A stretch of 64,000 nucleotides of DNA from Eledone cirrhosa. Its lineage: Eukaryota. The notes under the pieces are model-generated. The model was not told the DNA's origin. It worked only from the letters and a program-made list of their open reading frames with translations, and ran no database searches. Position numbers and translations under genes: made by a program. Each line of letters begins with the position of its first letter. Within the stretch, counting starts at the first letter, position 1. Below, piece by piece: positions 48,701 to 60,219 of this stretch. The stretch covers positions 51,832,001-51,896,000 of the forward strand of contig OZ024740.1 in the NCBI GenBank assembly GCA_964016885.1, read 5' to 3'.

Positions 48701-51256
48701 ACTGCAAATCCATTTCCCATTTAAATTCATGGCGTTAGGAAGGGCATCCAGCCGTAGAAAACCATCCAGAAATACCCCTATATGAGCGAGACACGGACAC
48801 CTGACACAACTTGCCTCAAAATAGGATCTGTCTAACCCATGCCAGCATGGAAGATGGACGTTAATCGATGATGATGATGATGAAGACAAGGCAACAAAGA
48901 GGAAAGCTCATCAGAATAATTTCCATGGAAATATTTATAGTACTGTTTGCTGATATTGTTATTGCTTAAGTTGTTCCTGATTTCCAGATCAGCGTTAATT
49001 AGGTAGACATATGATCACAGTCATTCCAGTTGCAACCATCCTATCTTTTTGTATTTCCAGCAACACATAGTCCAAGATGACTATTTTGAAAAGAAATTAG
49101 GGTATGATAGAAAAGAGAGCATCATCATCATCACCACCACCACTCTCACCACTGCCACTTACATGCTGTTGTCACTTACATGCATACCTGCACTTTACCA
49201 AGTGCATTTTATCGTGGCACCAGCACTAGGGAAGTTGTCATGTCTTTGGCACAACTGAAGAGTCCTCCTGGTCCTTTATTTAGCAAATTTTCTATGGCTG
49301 GATACCCTTACTATCACCAACTACTTTATCATGTAGATCACCAACACTAGAGAGATTGTCTTGTCCTTGACACAAATAAAAGTCATTGCAGCCCTTTTTT
49401 TGTATGGTTTTTACTGGGGTGTGTCTTTACTATTGCCAATCACCTAACAGAATGTACTGGGTGCAATTTCATGGCACCAGCTCTAAAGATGTTGCCAGTT
49501 ATTGTTGACTCAATAAGAAGAATGATAAGTATGATGTCAAGGATGTATGACGTGTGGTGGGGTTGTGGGATTTGACAGCATGAATAGTAGGAGAAGAATG
49601 GGATCTCTAATAGCATGTACGTTACTGTGATAATAACACTGGTGTGTCAAGATTTTAGAGTTGGATGATCCTGGCGAAAGTGTGGTTGTTAGGATTTAAA
49701 AGGGGTGATTCTAGATTGAGTAGGAGGGTATACAGTGATGATAAGAATAGCTACTAAGGAGTGATATAGTGAAAGGGAATGCAAATGGATGGGTCAGATC
49801 AGGTAAACATTTATGCTGGTAGGTAAGTCTTCACTAGTACAGCGTGTTACCAGTTTTTACAATGTGGCTGATGTTTCTATTACGACTAACAACCACGTGG
49901 ACGTAACCATGTTGGCTCAAGTGCCATTTCTCACCAGGCAAAGCATACCATAATGTTTAGTGCCTCAATCCCAAAATGTTTCAAAGGGTTTAATCCCATG
50001 ATACCCATAAAGGTGCTTGGTTATTCCAGCATCTTAGCCTCGCTATCACCCATAGCAATGCTGTGAGCATATTTTCTTGCCTAAAAAATTAGTAGTGAGG
50101 GAACTTGTGGCATGTGTTTGAGTGTGAATACCTTCCCCCTCTTAAACATTCTAATTTACTTCATGTCAGTTTGTAATTCATACAAGTATAATCAACAAAT
50201 CAAATGAACAATAACAATAAAGATGTATCAGAAAAAAAAGAACATTCCCTTACCTTCACTTCTACATTACAAAAACGTTTGAGGAAACCCCCAAATGCTC
50301 ATGGCATTACCATAGGTGGTGTCAAGGTTGACATCCTCATCAGCATTGCCTCATACTTCAATAAGAGAAACTGTCAAAATTAACAAAATCTTCATTGTCA
50401 GCAGCCCTGTTACTGTTATTGTCCCCCCCCCCTCTCCAAATACAGTTCTTTCACTCCTTGCTTTCACTACACAACTTCTGTAATAGACTGCGGATATCAA
50501 TAGCTTGTCTACTAGACTTGCCATCCCCCAAATTTTACCATCAACACATATTTTGACCCATCAATAATATTCTACAACCCTTTGTTTTTAGATATTTAAA
50601 TAAAAACCAATTTTTCAAATATTCAATAAAATTATTAACTAAAAATGAATTTGTTATTGAACATTTTAAAATACCTTGTCTCAGACTGTGACACATCCAA
50701 CCTATGCCAGCATGGGGAGTGTGTGTAAAATTATGATGATGATAATAATGAGTCAAATATGTTTGAGAAATGCAATTAGTATGCATAATTAAATGTCATA
50801 TAGAAACAATAACATTAAAATGTATTTGAAATTCATAGGAATAATTTGAAAACACAACTAAAGAATAGATGTTAAAACAGCTGAATGCAGTCAATGACAA
50901 CAGCATGTGATTCAGGTAAAAATATTCCTAAGGTCAGAAATCAGTGGCTAGTAGTCAAGAATTATTTGTTTTTGCACAATTGTGTACTAGAAGAAACACT
51001 ACCCTCTGGTTAGGAAGGAATGACCAGAGTCCATAACTCTTTATTTTTTTAAAGGCTGCCAATGTTTGTAGGAGGAAGGGAGAAAGTTATTTTCAAAAAA
51101 CCAAGCATGGATGCTTACAACAGGGAATTCTGCTAATCACACTCAAGGTGTGTGTGTGTTTATCCATATATATGTGTGTTTATATATGTGTTTATTTATA
51201 TGTGTGTGTGAGTTTATATGTGTATATGTGTGTGTGTGTTTATATGTGTATATGTG

Positions 51257-51405
51257 CAGGGCCGTCTTAACAGCATTATAGCCCCCCCCCCCCCCGGGCA
51301 AAGCAGAGCACTGGGGCCCCTACCTACATAACCACTCACAGGAATAAAAATACAAATGGGCCTCCGGGCAACTGCCCATCGTGCCCATGCGTTAAGATGG
51401 CCCTG
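51257..51405. mobile_element. Small hAT-like MITE
   Basis: TIRs CAGGGCCGTCTTAAC / GTTAAGATGGCCCTG; near-perfect 8-bp TSD TATATGTG / TATATGTC. Confidence 0.8.
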
Positions 51406-51457
51406 TATATGTCTGTGTGCTTGTATGTGCTTGTGTATATATCTGTTTGTGTGTTTG

Positions 51458-51490
<33 letters not shown>

Positions 51491-51536
51491 TGGTATACAT
51501 ATGTGTATGTTTGTGTTTATATGTGTATTTATGTCA

Positions 51537-51840
51537 ATGAAAGCGTGTGGTTAGGGTATTTGGCTCACAATTTTAAGGTTGTGAGATCGATAGTGGCAGC
51601 GCATTTTGTCCTGAGCAAGGCACTTTATTTCACGTTGCTCCAGTCCACTCAGCTGGCAAAAATGAGTTGTATCTGTAATTCGAAGGACCAGCCTTGTCAC
51701 ACACTGTGTCACACTGAATCTCCCTGGGAACTACGTAAGGGGTACATGTGTCTGTGGAATGCTCAGCCACTTGCATGTTCATTTAACGAATAGGCTGTTC
51801 CGTTGATAGTATCAAGTGGAACACTCGACGGAGTGACCCC
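51537..51840 (+). mobile_element. tRNA-derived SINE
   Basis: Head and core related to the 24672 copy (GAGCAAGGCACTTTATTTCACGTTGCTCCAGTCCACTCAGCTG). Confidence 0.75.
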
Positions 51841-51902
51841 ATTTATGTGTGCGTATTTATATATATATGTGTATGACTATGTGTTTGTTATATGTATGTG
51901 TG

Positions 51903-51910
51903 TATCTATG

Positions 51911-51966
<56 letters not shown>
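51903..51966. repeat. (ATCT)n microsatellite (further blocks at 52071-52166, 57943-58053, 63891-63947)
   Basis: Tetranucleotide runs separating the Tx1 copies. Confidence 0.98.
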
Positions 51967-51969
<3 letters not shown>

Positions 51970-52070
51970 TTAAATTCCATCTGTGATAACATTTTACACG
52001 TTTTTATTGTATGTAAACTTCCCCCTTTGTATTTGTCCCCTTCTTTTGCGCCCCTGTGGCTAATAAAGAA
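51967..52070 (+). mobile_element. 5'-truncated Tx1-like stub (3'UTR only, about 105 bp)
   Basis: Nearly identical to 63784-63887, the 3' end of copy B; ends CTAATAAAGAA-(ATCT)n. Confidence 0.9.
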
Positions 52071-52160
<90 letters not shown>

Positions 52161-52392
52161 TTATCTAGTTGTCGTCTGTTCGATAGCGTAGACGTAATTC
52201 ACTTAGCGCAGAAGTTTTGTTCCAATTTATTGCGGAAATTTTGTAAGTCTAATTTTAATTTTGATACTATTGTGTAGCTTGACCCCCCGTCTAAACTTTC
52301 AGGCGGTGGGTCAGCTCATTTTCGCCCCTCCCAGGGGTGAAAAACCTGTTTTTAAAAATTTTGTTGCATAAAATTTCAATCGTCTAGGAGAA

Positions 52393-54270
52393 ATGTTAAA
52401 CGAAGCTAACGAAAATAGTGGTGGGGGGACAGCGGTAAGAGCTGTAAGCTTGCACGCTTTAGTCCCCCCTTCCTTCCCAACTAACGTCATAGAGAAGGAA
52501 AGAAAAAATAAAATAAAAACAGACGAATGTGCGGAGAAAAATGTCGACGAAAACACAAATCTGGAACAAAAAAAATATGAAAGAATTGCATGACAATATT
52601 AATACCACAAACAAAGAAACAACAAACACAAAAATAACATTTGAAAACAACATCATAACAGAAAGCAAAACAGACGAGAAAGTCAACACCAATAACATCT
52701 CATTTGCACAAACAACAAAAAAATCTTTAACATACATACCTGAAAATATTTCAGATGTGGCACAAAGAATAAAAAACGCCAAACAATTCATAACTCAAGG
52801 GGAAAATGGAGCCTTGTCAGTAAAAATGCCCCAAGAACTCACCAAAGATATTGAAAGTCGGACGGTCGTTTTCCGCACCATCAACAACATCTCAAAAAAG
52901 CCACAACAACCAACACAAGCAGAAATTAAAGCGGTACTTAGAGAAGTACTTAATGAAGCCACTTTCATAAGAAGAGACAGGCTCTATGGAAGCCTGGCCA
53001 TTATTATGAAGAACGAATCGGCGGCAAAAAAATATGCTTTGTCGCCGATTCGTTCGACAAATTTTACCTTTTATCCATCTTATATGGGTAAAAGAACTCA
53101 GCGCATATGGCTGGATGCGATGATGCCAGATATGGACTACTGCTGGCTCATAGCTGGCTTCATCGATCCAGCGAATGACAACGTGATTTCCATTGGGAAA
53201 ACCACAGGCAATGCGTTCAGTGGAATAGGTATAGAACTTGTTGTGCAAATGAAGCCTGAACGCATTGCCCAAATACCCGACAGAATCCTATTAGAGGGCC
53301 ACGGGTATATAAACATTAGCGTGGAGGGGAGAAGGCCGTCCTGTCATATCTGTGCAGGCAGAGGGCACCTGAAGGCGGCTTGTCCCCAACTCAACAAGAA
53401 GAAAACCCTGCTACCAACACCAGCTCCACCACCACCACAACAGATAAACAAACAACAAAACTCAGTCCCACCCAACCCGTCCCTCAGTAAAACTACACCA
53501 CCACCACAGCACAAACAGACACAACACATTAACCAAAAATAAAACACAGTCCCACCCAACCCCTCACTCAATAAAACAACACAACCACCGCAGCCACAAC
53601 ACACAACACAGTCTAACATAGTGACATCCATCTCCCCCACAAAGAAAACTAACACGGAAACATTACCAGCAAACATACCTCTTCCCTCCAACATTGAAGA
53701 TAACCCAACGAATTCGGAGGAAGAAACGGAGTCCTTCGGACAGATTAAAAGGAAAAAAAGAAAACATGTGAAAAACACACAAGGCCAAACGTCAACACAA
53801 TCCAAAAAAACACAAAACACCCCTCCAGCAACAAACAAAACCAAACCTGCCCCTCCCCTCTTCGAAACACTCACACCATCCGAAAAAAAGACATTACACT
53901 ATACTTACATCAACAGAAACAATAATAAATTAAATGAACTCATAAACAATAACCCTTCGGTACAAACCGAAGGGGTAAACTTTGTTTCTTCAGAAAACTA
54001 CCCACATTTAAAATTAATAAAGATCCCAGTGAACCTCTACCAAAAACTAAAAAAGGATTTAAGGAGGACGTAGGACCACCCTCTGTCAAACCCATAAACC
54101 GCGTCCTCCTAAAAAGCTTTCCCCCTCCCCTTCCCCTCCCCAACACAACTCCAAACACCCCAACGCCACCACACACTGACGACCCCACACCACCACAAGA
54201 CACCCCTTCACCCAACACCCCCGACCCCATGGAAGTCGTGTGACCCGAACCCCGGGAAGCAGAAAGGTAG
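52393..54270 (+). pseudogene. Tx1 copy A ORF1 (gag-like, zinc knuckle CHICAGRGHLKAAC), disrupted
   Basis: Pieces 52393-52593, 52529-53542, 53621-54073 and a tail to TAG 54270 align with copy B ORF1; frameshifts and nonsense codons. Confidence 0.82.
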
Positions 54271-54303
54271 GTCTCTACACTCTCCTTTGGCTCTGCCGCC
54301 CAC

Positions 54304-57300
54304 ATAGATGTGTTAAGAGTAGGATGTTTGAATGCACGTGGCCTAGGCTCAACTTGGAAGCAAGCAAAGCTTCTAAATGACCTCAGGTCACGTGGTATAA
54401 ATGTAATGGTTATCTGTGAGACTCGGATCAGCGTCGTGCGGCAGCTGGCCCCTACCTTCGATGACTTTGAGGTGCACGCATCTCTCTGTCAACCTGGAGG
54501 TGGGGGTGGGGTTGTCGTACTGCTGGAAAAACACCTGGGTCTCGCCGTACAGGTTGTTCACTCGGACCCGGAAGGTCGTTTGTTGGTGCTAGACGTTGGC
54601 AGTAGTGGAGGTGCGGCCTTGAGACTGGTCGCCGACTACTCCCCTTTCGGAGCTGAACGACCCGACTTCTTCCAGCGTCTGGAGACTTTTCTGGGAACGT
54701 CGCGTTCCCTGCTTCTAGCGGGGGACTAGAATGACATCCTAGATGCACGTTTGGACTATGCAGGAGCATGTCCTAATAGAGGGGGGGGGTGTAACAGCCT
54801 CAAGGGGTTACTCGACCGTTTTAACTTGGTCGATAGATATCGACTAGATTTTCCAACTGTGCTAACCTGGACTTGGACGAACCACAGTGGTTAATCTAGA
54901 TCGTACTTAGATAGATTCTTAGTTAGAAGTAAGGATAGGGACATATTAAGCTGTCCAGAAATGCTCACGGTTGGCTATACAGATCACAAATTAGTGACCT
55001 GCGTAGTCAACCTCGAGAGAACACATAGACAGGGTCCCGGTTACTGGAAACTTAATTTGTCTTTACCGGCAAAAGAGGCTTACAGAGACCGGATTAGCAG
55101 ATTAGTTAAGGAGAGGTTGACGGGTGCAATCGTCAACAACCGATGGTGGGCATCTCTCAAAAGAGAGATTAGAACAGAATCAATAAGTTATAGCAAGATG
55201 TTAGCTGCCGATAGGAATAGGAACGAGAAAGAATTAACAGGTAAATTAGAAGAGGCAATCAAGAGCGAAGATGTGGCCAGAGTGCTGGCATCGAGGACGG
55301 CCTTGAGCCAGTTTTTCGATGCAAAGCACGAAGGCTGCGTCATTCGAAGTAAAATACGTGCTCTAAAAGCCGTTGGCTGGGCCCGCGTGACAGAAGCTAA
55401 GAGTGGAAATCGATCCACCATCCGGTCTTTGCAAGACGAGGATGGACGGGTGATCCGGGAGCCTAAGCAGATGTGCGAGGCCTTTCAAAGGCACTTTGCC
55501 CAATTGTTCGGGGGAGGCGAGGGTCCGGGCGGGGACGTGGATTTCGGTCCATACCTCGACGGCCTGCCGCGTCTCTCAAGCGAAGAGGCAGAGTCCTGCG
55601 AGGGACCAATCTCGGCTGATGAGATCGGGGATGCGCTGAGCCAATGCAGCAGACGCAAATCTCCAGATCTCGATGGTATACCTTACGAACTTTATTTAGC
55701 AATGCCAGTCTTCTTCTCCGAACTCCTCGAAGCAGTCTACTGCAATTGGCAGCAGAACGGGAGAATTCCTTGTTCTGTAGCCAAGGGCGTAGTCTCGCTG
55801 GTGAGGAAGGACGAGAACAAGGGGGATAGTATAAATAATTTTCGGCCCATAACCCTGCTAAACACAGAGTTAAAGATTTTGGCCAAGGTGTTAACAAAGA
55901 GGTTGGCGCTTGTCGTGGGTGGCCTGGTGGGAGATGCGCAGACATGTGCTATCCCATCCAGGTCCATTCACGACAACCTCCACCTCATGCGATACATCAT
56001 AGAAAGGGTTGGCAACAAACCCGGCTTCGGTGGGGCCCTGATCAACTTGGATTAGTCTAAGGCGTTCGATAGGGTCGACCATGGTTACTTGGATGCGGTG
56101 CTAGCGGCGGCTGGGTTCGGTCCTGTTTTCAGAGGCTGGATCACTGCCTTACATAGCAACCACATCTATTCTAGGATCAAGGTGAACGGCTACCTTTCGA
56201 AGCCGTTCGAAATCACACGATCCATTCGACAGGGTGCCCTCTCTCCTCCCTTCTGTACGTATTGACTCTCGAGCCTTTACTGAGGAATTTGGAGTTGTTG
56301 CAGGGTATCCCCCTGGAACCAGGATTGAGCAAAGCGGTGTCGGCCTACGCCGATGACGTAACAGTAATGGTATCGACCGACTCGGAGATCGAGGCGATCG
56401 GTACCTTACTGGAGGAATACGAAAGGTTGTCAGGAGCGAAACTGAACCGGGAAAAATCCATCGGGCTGCAACTCGGAACGTGGAGAGGCAGACCAATGCC
56501 TCCCGACGGTGTCGTCGGACACTGGACGGAGGGCCCGGTGAAGTTGCTTGGGGTCTGGTTTGGACCGGGCCTCCAGGTGGAAAAGAACTGCGGCGAGGTT
56601 ACGAACAAGGTGTTTGCACTGACCCAGAAATGGGCCAAGTGTAAGCTGTCCCTGAAAGGTCGGGCGGAGGTGGCGAACATTTACATAGCGTCCGTCACCT
56701 ACTACCGCTTGACTGTCATGCCTTGCCCTAAGGAAACACTCACCACCATGGAACGCATGCTCTTTCAATTTCTTTGGAAGAAGCGCCCTCCTATGGTGAG
56801 AAGATCCATATGTTGCCAACAACCTTCGAAAGGAGGGCTGGGGATGCCGTGGTTGATGATGCGTAGGCACGCATTAAGGCTAGCTCACCTACAGGTATTC
56901 CTCACTGGTCAACCGGTGTGGGCTCCGTTCGTGAGACGAGCCTTTCCGAGACTCGTCTCGCTCACCGAGCTGCAGTCCTGGGTCAAGCAAAGATCCGGAA
57001 AACTGGGCGACTGGCACACTGAGTGTGCCCAGGCGCTCAGGGCTCTCTGGCAAACGGACCCGGCCATCGGTGGAGAATCCACCTCGTCATTCTATAGAGG
57101 CCTGGTGGCTAGCAGGGGCGATGACACCCTTGGAGAGTCGCTGGACATGGAAGAGGACGAACTGGCCAGCCTGTTCGGTAGGACTTTCGGCCCGGGACCA
57201 ATGGACAACTTCCAGAAGTCACTGGCCTGGCAGTGCTACCGGGGGGCTCTACCCGTTCGAGAAAAGCTCTACAGACACGGGCGCCCGGGAAGGGATCCCT

Positions 57301-57728
57301 CGAAAAAGATTTGCCGTAGATGCGTGCGTCACGAAGAAACCGTTGCGCACGCATTGGTGCACTATCCGGGCGTGGCTGATCTGTGGGGCTACGCCGAACG
57401 ACTGCTGTCGCGGGTGTCGCCGATTCGATTGACCGCCGAGTCCGTGATGATAATCAAGCCGCCTCGCCTCTTCACAAAGGAAGCAAAGGCGGTTTTTCTG
57501 TGCGTGATAGCCATGTTGAAAGAGGTTGTTTGGTTGACACAATTGAAAGGTCTGAGGTCAGGCAACCTCCTCTCTGGCCATAGTCTGGTCTACTTCTTCC
57601 GATATCACTTCGGAAGAAGGATAAGAATGGAGAGAGAGGTGCTTGGCCACAGGCAGTTTTATGAAAGGTGGGTGATAGTGGCGAGAATGGCTCGTGTAAA
57701 TGGGCCTTCTCTGTATACCATCCTGTAG
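54304..57728 (+). pseudogene. Tx1 copy A ORF2 (APE endonuclease-RT-zinc finger), disrupted
   Basis: GCLNARG, GD*N, TDH, GPGYWKLN, FRPITLLNTELKILAK, D*SKAFDRV, YADD, GGLG, CRRC...ETVAHAL; start codon apparently mutated to ATA; several stops and frameshifts. Confidence 0.9.
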
Positions 57729-57942
57729 GTAAAGAAGTGAAGGAGAGGGGAGCACCTTCTCCATGTGCTCCCCGGGCAAAGGATTGCACACTTTTTCGAG
57801 AGTGTGTGCAACCCCCATCACGTCCCCTCCCTTTTGAGGTTGTTTTTGATTATTTTCATTTTATACCCTTTTTACTCGGTTTTAAGTAAACTCCCCCTTT
57901 GTATTTGTCCCTTCTGTTTATACCTTTATGGTAAATAAAGAA

Positions 57943-58016
<74 letters not shown>

Positions 58017-58271
58017 GTATCTATCTATCTATGTATCTATCTATCTCTCTATCAGACGTGTGTAACTTCGCGGAGAAGTTTCCGTTAATTTATGTAAGAA
58101 AAAAACGTGAGTTTTCAGTTAAATTTTATATTATTGTGTAACTTGACTCCCCGTCTGGACCTTCAGATGGTGGGTCAACTCATTTTCGCCCCTACAGGGG
58201 CGAAATATTCGTTTGAAAAATTTTTTCTCCATCGAATTTTGGAAAAAATATTGTAAAAGTTTGATTACGTT

Positions 58272-60186
58272 ATGAACGCTGCGTCCAACGATAATGGTGG
58301 TGGAGAGTCGGTGAGACTACAAAGCTCGCAGTCAACATCGTCTTCTTCCCTAGATACTATAGAGATGGAAAGACGAAATGAAAATGTAAAAACAAATTCA
58401 TATCCAAACAACACAAATGACACCAAACAATTCAATGACAACAAAAATAACAGCAACACCAATAATGATGATAAAAACAACAAAGAAAAAAATAAAGACA
58501 ACACCAATAACACCAGCATCAAAGACAACAACAACACCAACACCAACACCAAGGAAAATACGAATAATATCAACATCGGTGACAACAAGAACAACAACAA
58601 CAATAACAACAATAATGACAACACCACCAACACGGATAATTCCACAAAGAAACCAAAAATCTCCTTTGCACAGACAGTTAAAAAAAAGGAGGAACTGATA
58701 TATCTCGACATAACAAATGCCGAACAACTTTTAAAGGACGCTAGGAGATATGTCACTTTCGAAAAAAATGGTGCTTTCAGCATCAATTCTCCGGTAGAAA
58801 TTCGCAAGGAAACTGCTCTAAAAACGATAGTTTTTAGGACAGTTTCCAATTCTACCCGAAAACCAGTCCAATTGTCACAGAAAGAAATTGAACTGGTTTT
58901 CAAAAATTCAATGAATGATATTGCATTCATTCAAAGAAGCAAACTTTTTGGGAGTATTTCGGTACTCATGAAGGATCAATTGACGGCCCAAATGACTCTG
59001 TGTCGCCAATTGTATCCAACCTGTACACCTTTTTCCCTACATACATGGGAAAAAGGACACAAAAGATCAAAATCACGAGTGTCACACCAAAGGTGAACAT
59101 ATGGTGGATACCGTGCGGCTTCATCAATTTTGATGAAGACAGAATACTGTCAGTAGGAAAGTCCCCCAGAGATGTATTCAATGGGACTAGCATTGAAGTT
59201 CTGGTGCAAATGAGCCCAGAGCGAATAGCTATGATCCCACAACGTGTACTCCTGGACGGACTCACCTACATAAACTTTCCTGTTGAGGGTAGGCGGCCTT
59301 CATGTTACCATTGCTTTAGCAGGGGTCACCTAAGGGCTTCCTGTCCTAAATTAATGAATAAAAAAAGGCTCTTCTGCCGACACCCATCAAAACAACACAA
59401 CCACCAACACCACCACAACAACAACAACACCAACACACAAAAATAACCACAACAAACACAGTCCCACCCAACCCCACTCCACTTAAAACCACTGCAAAAT
59501 CACATACAGACACAACAGCTCCCCAAGACATACCACTCCCCAATCACACAGACGATACAACAGATGAGGCTATCTCGCCATCACCCAGTGAAGACGAGGG
59601 AGAACCCCATCGCTCGAAAAGAAAGAAAAGACATCACAAAAGCAAAAAACCAGCAAACACTACCACAAACATACAACCACCAATACAAACAACAAAAACA
59701 TCACAAACAAAACCCCCACCCCCTGAAAACAAAATACCTACAACAAAACGAAAGCACACACAAGAACTACAGACAAAAACAAACACAACACAAGAAAATT
59801 ACACTTACACTTACATAAACACTGAAAACAAAACACTAATGGAGACCATCACGAACGACCCTTCGGTGAAAACCGAAGGGAAAACTTTCGCCCACTCTAT
59901 TAAAAATAACAAAAAACTGAACCCAAAACTGATTAATGTCCCTATACAAACTTATAGGTCCCTAAAAGAAACATTTGAGAAGGATGTGGGGAATTCCTGC
60001 GTGAAACCACTCAACCGCGTCCTTCTCAAATGCCTCCCCACCCCAGACATCCCCATCCCACCAGACCCCACCCCACCAAACATCTGCGTCCCCACCCCGC
60101 CGGAAACCACCACCCATCCAGACAACCCCTCCAACACCCCCATGGAAATCGTGCGGCCTGGTCCCCAGGAGGCGAAGGGTGAGTGA
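58272..60186 (+). pseudogene. Tx1 copy B ORF1 (Asn-rich N-terminus, knuckle CYHCFSRGHLRASC), frameshifted
   Basis: Pieces 58272-59096, 59000-59446 and 59839-60186 align with copy A (ISFAQT.KK, F.P.YMGKRTQ, VEGRRPSC). Confidence 0.82.
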
Positions 60187-60219
60187 TCTCTTTTCCTCTT
60201 TTAACTTTTCAGCACCAAC

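Larger units (their letters stand above)
52167..57942 (+). mobile_element. Near-full-length Tx1-clade non-LTR retrotransposon, copy A (decayed)
   Basis: 5'UTR; ORF1 with CCHC knuckle; ORF2 with APE, RT and C-terminal zinc finger; AATAAA then (ATCT)n. Confidence 0.93.

Noticed and set aside
51892-52277. ORFs with (SIYL)n
   Set aside because: Translations of (ATCT)n.
60179-60212. 34-nt GT-AG mini-intron fusing Tx1 ORF1 to ORF2
   Set aside because: Very short, and its removal puts ORF2 out of frame with ORF1.
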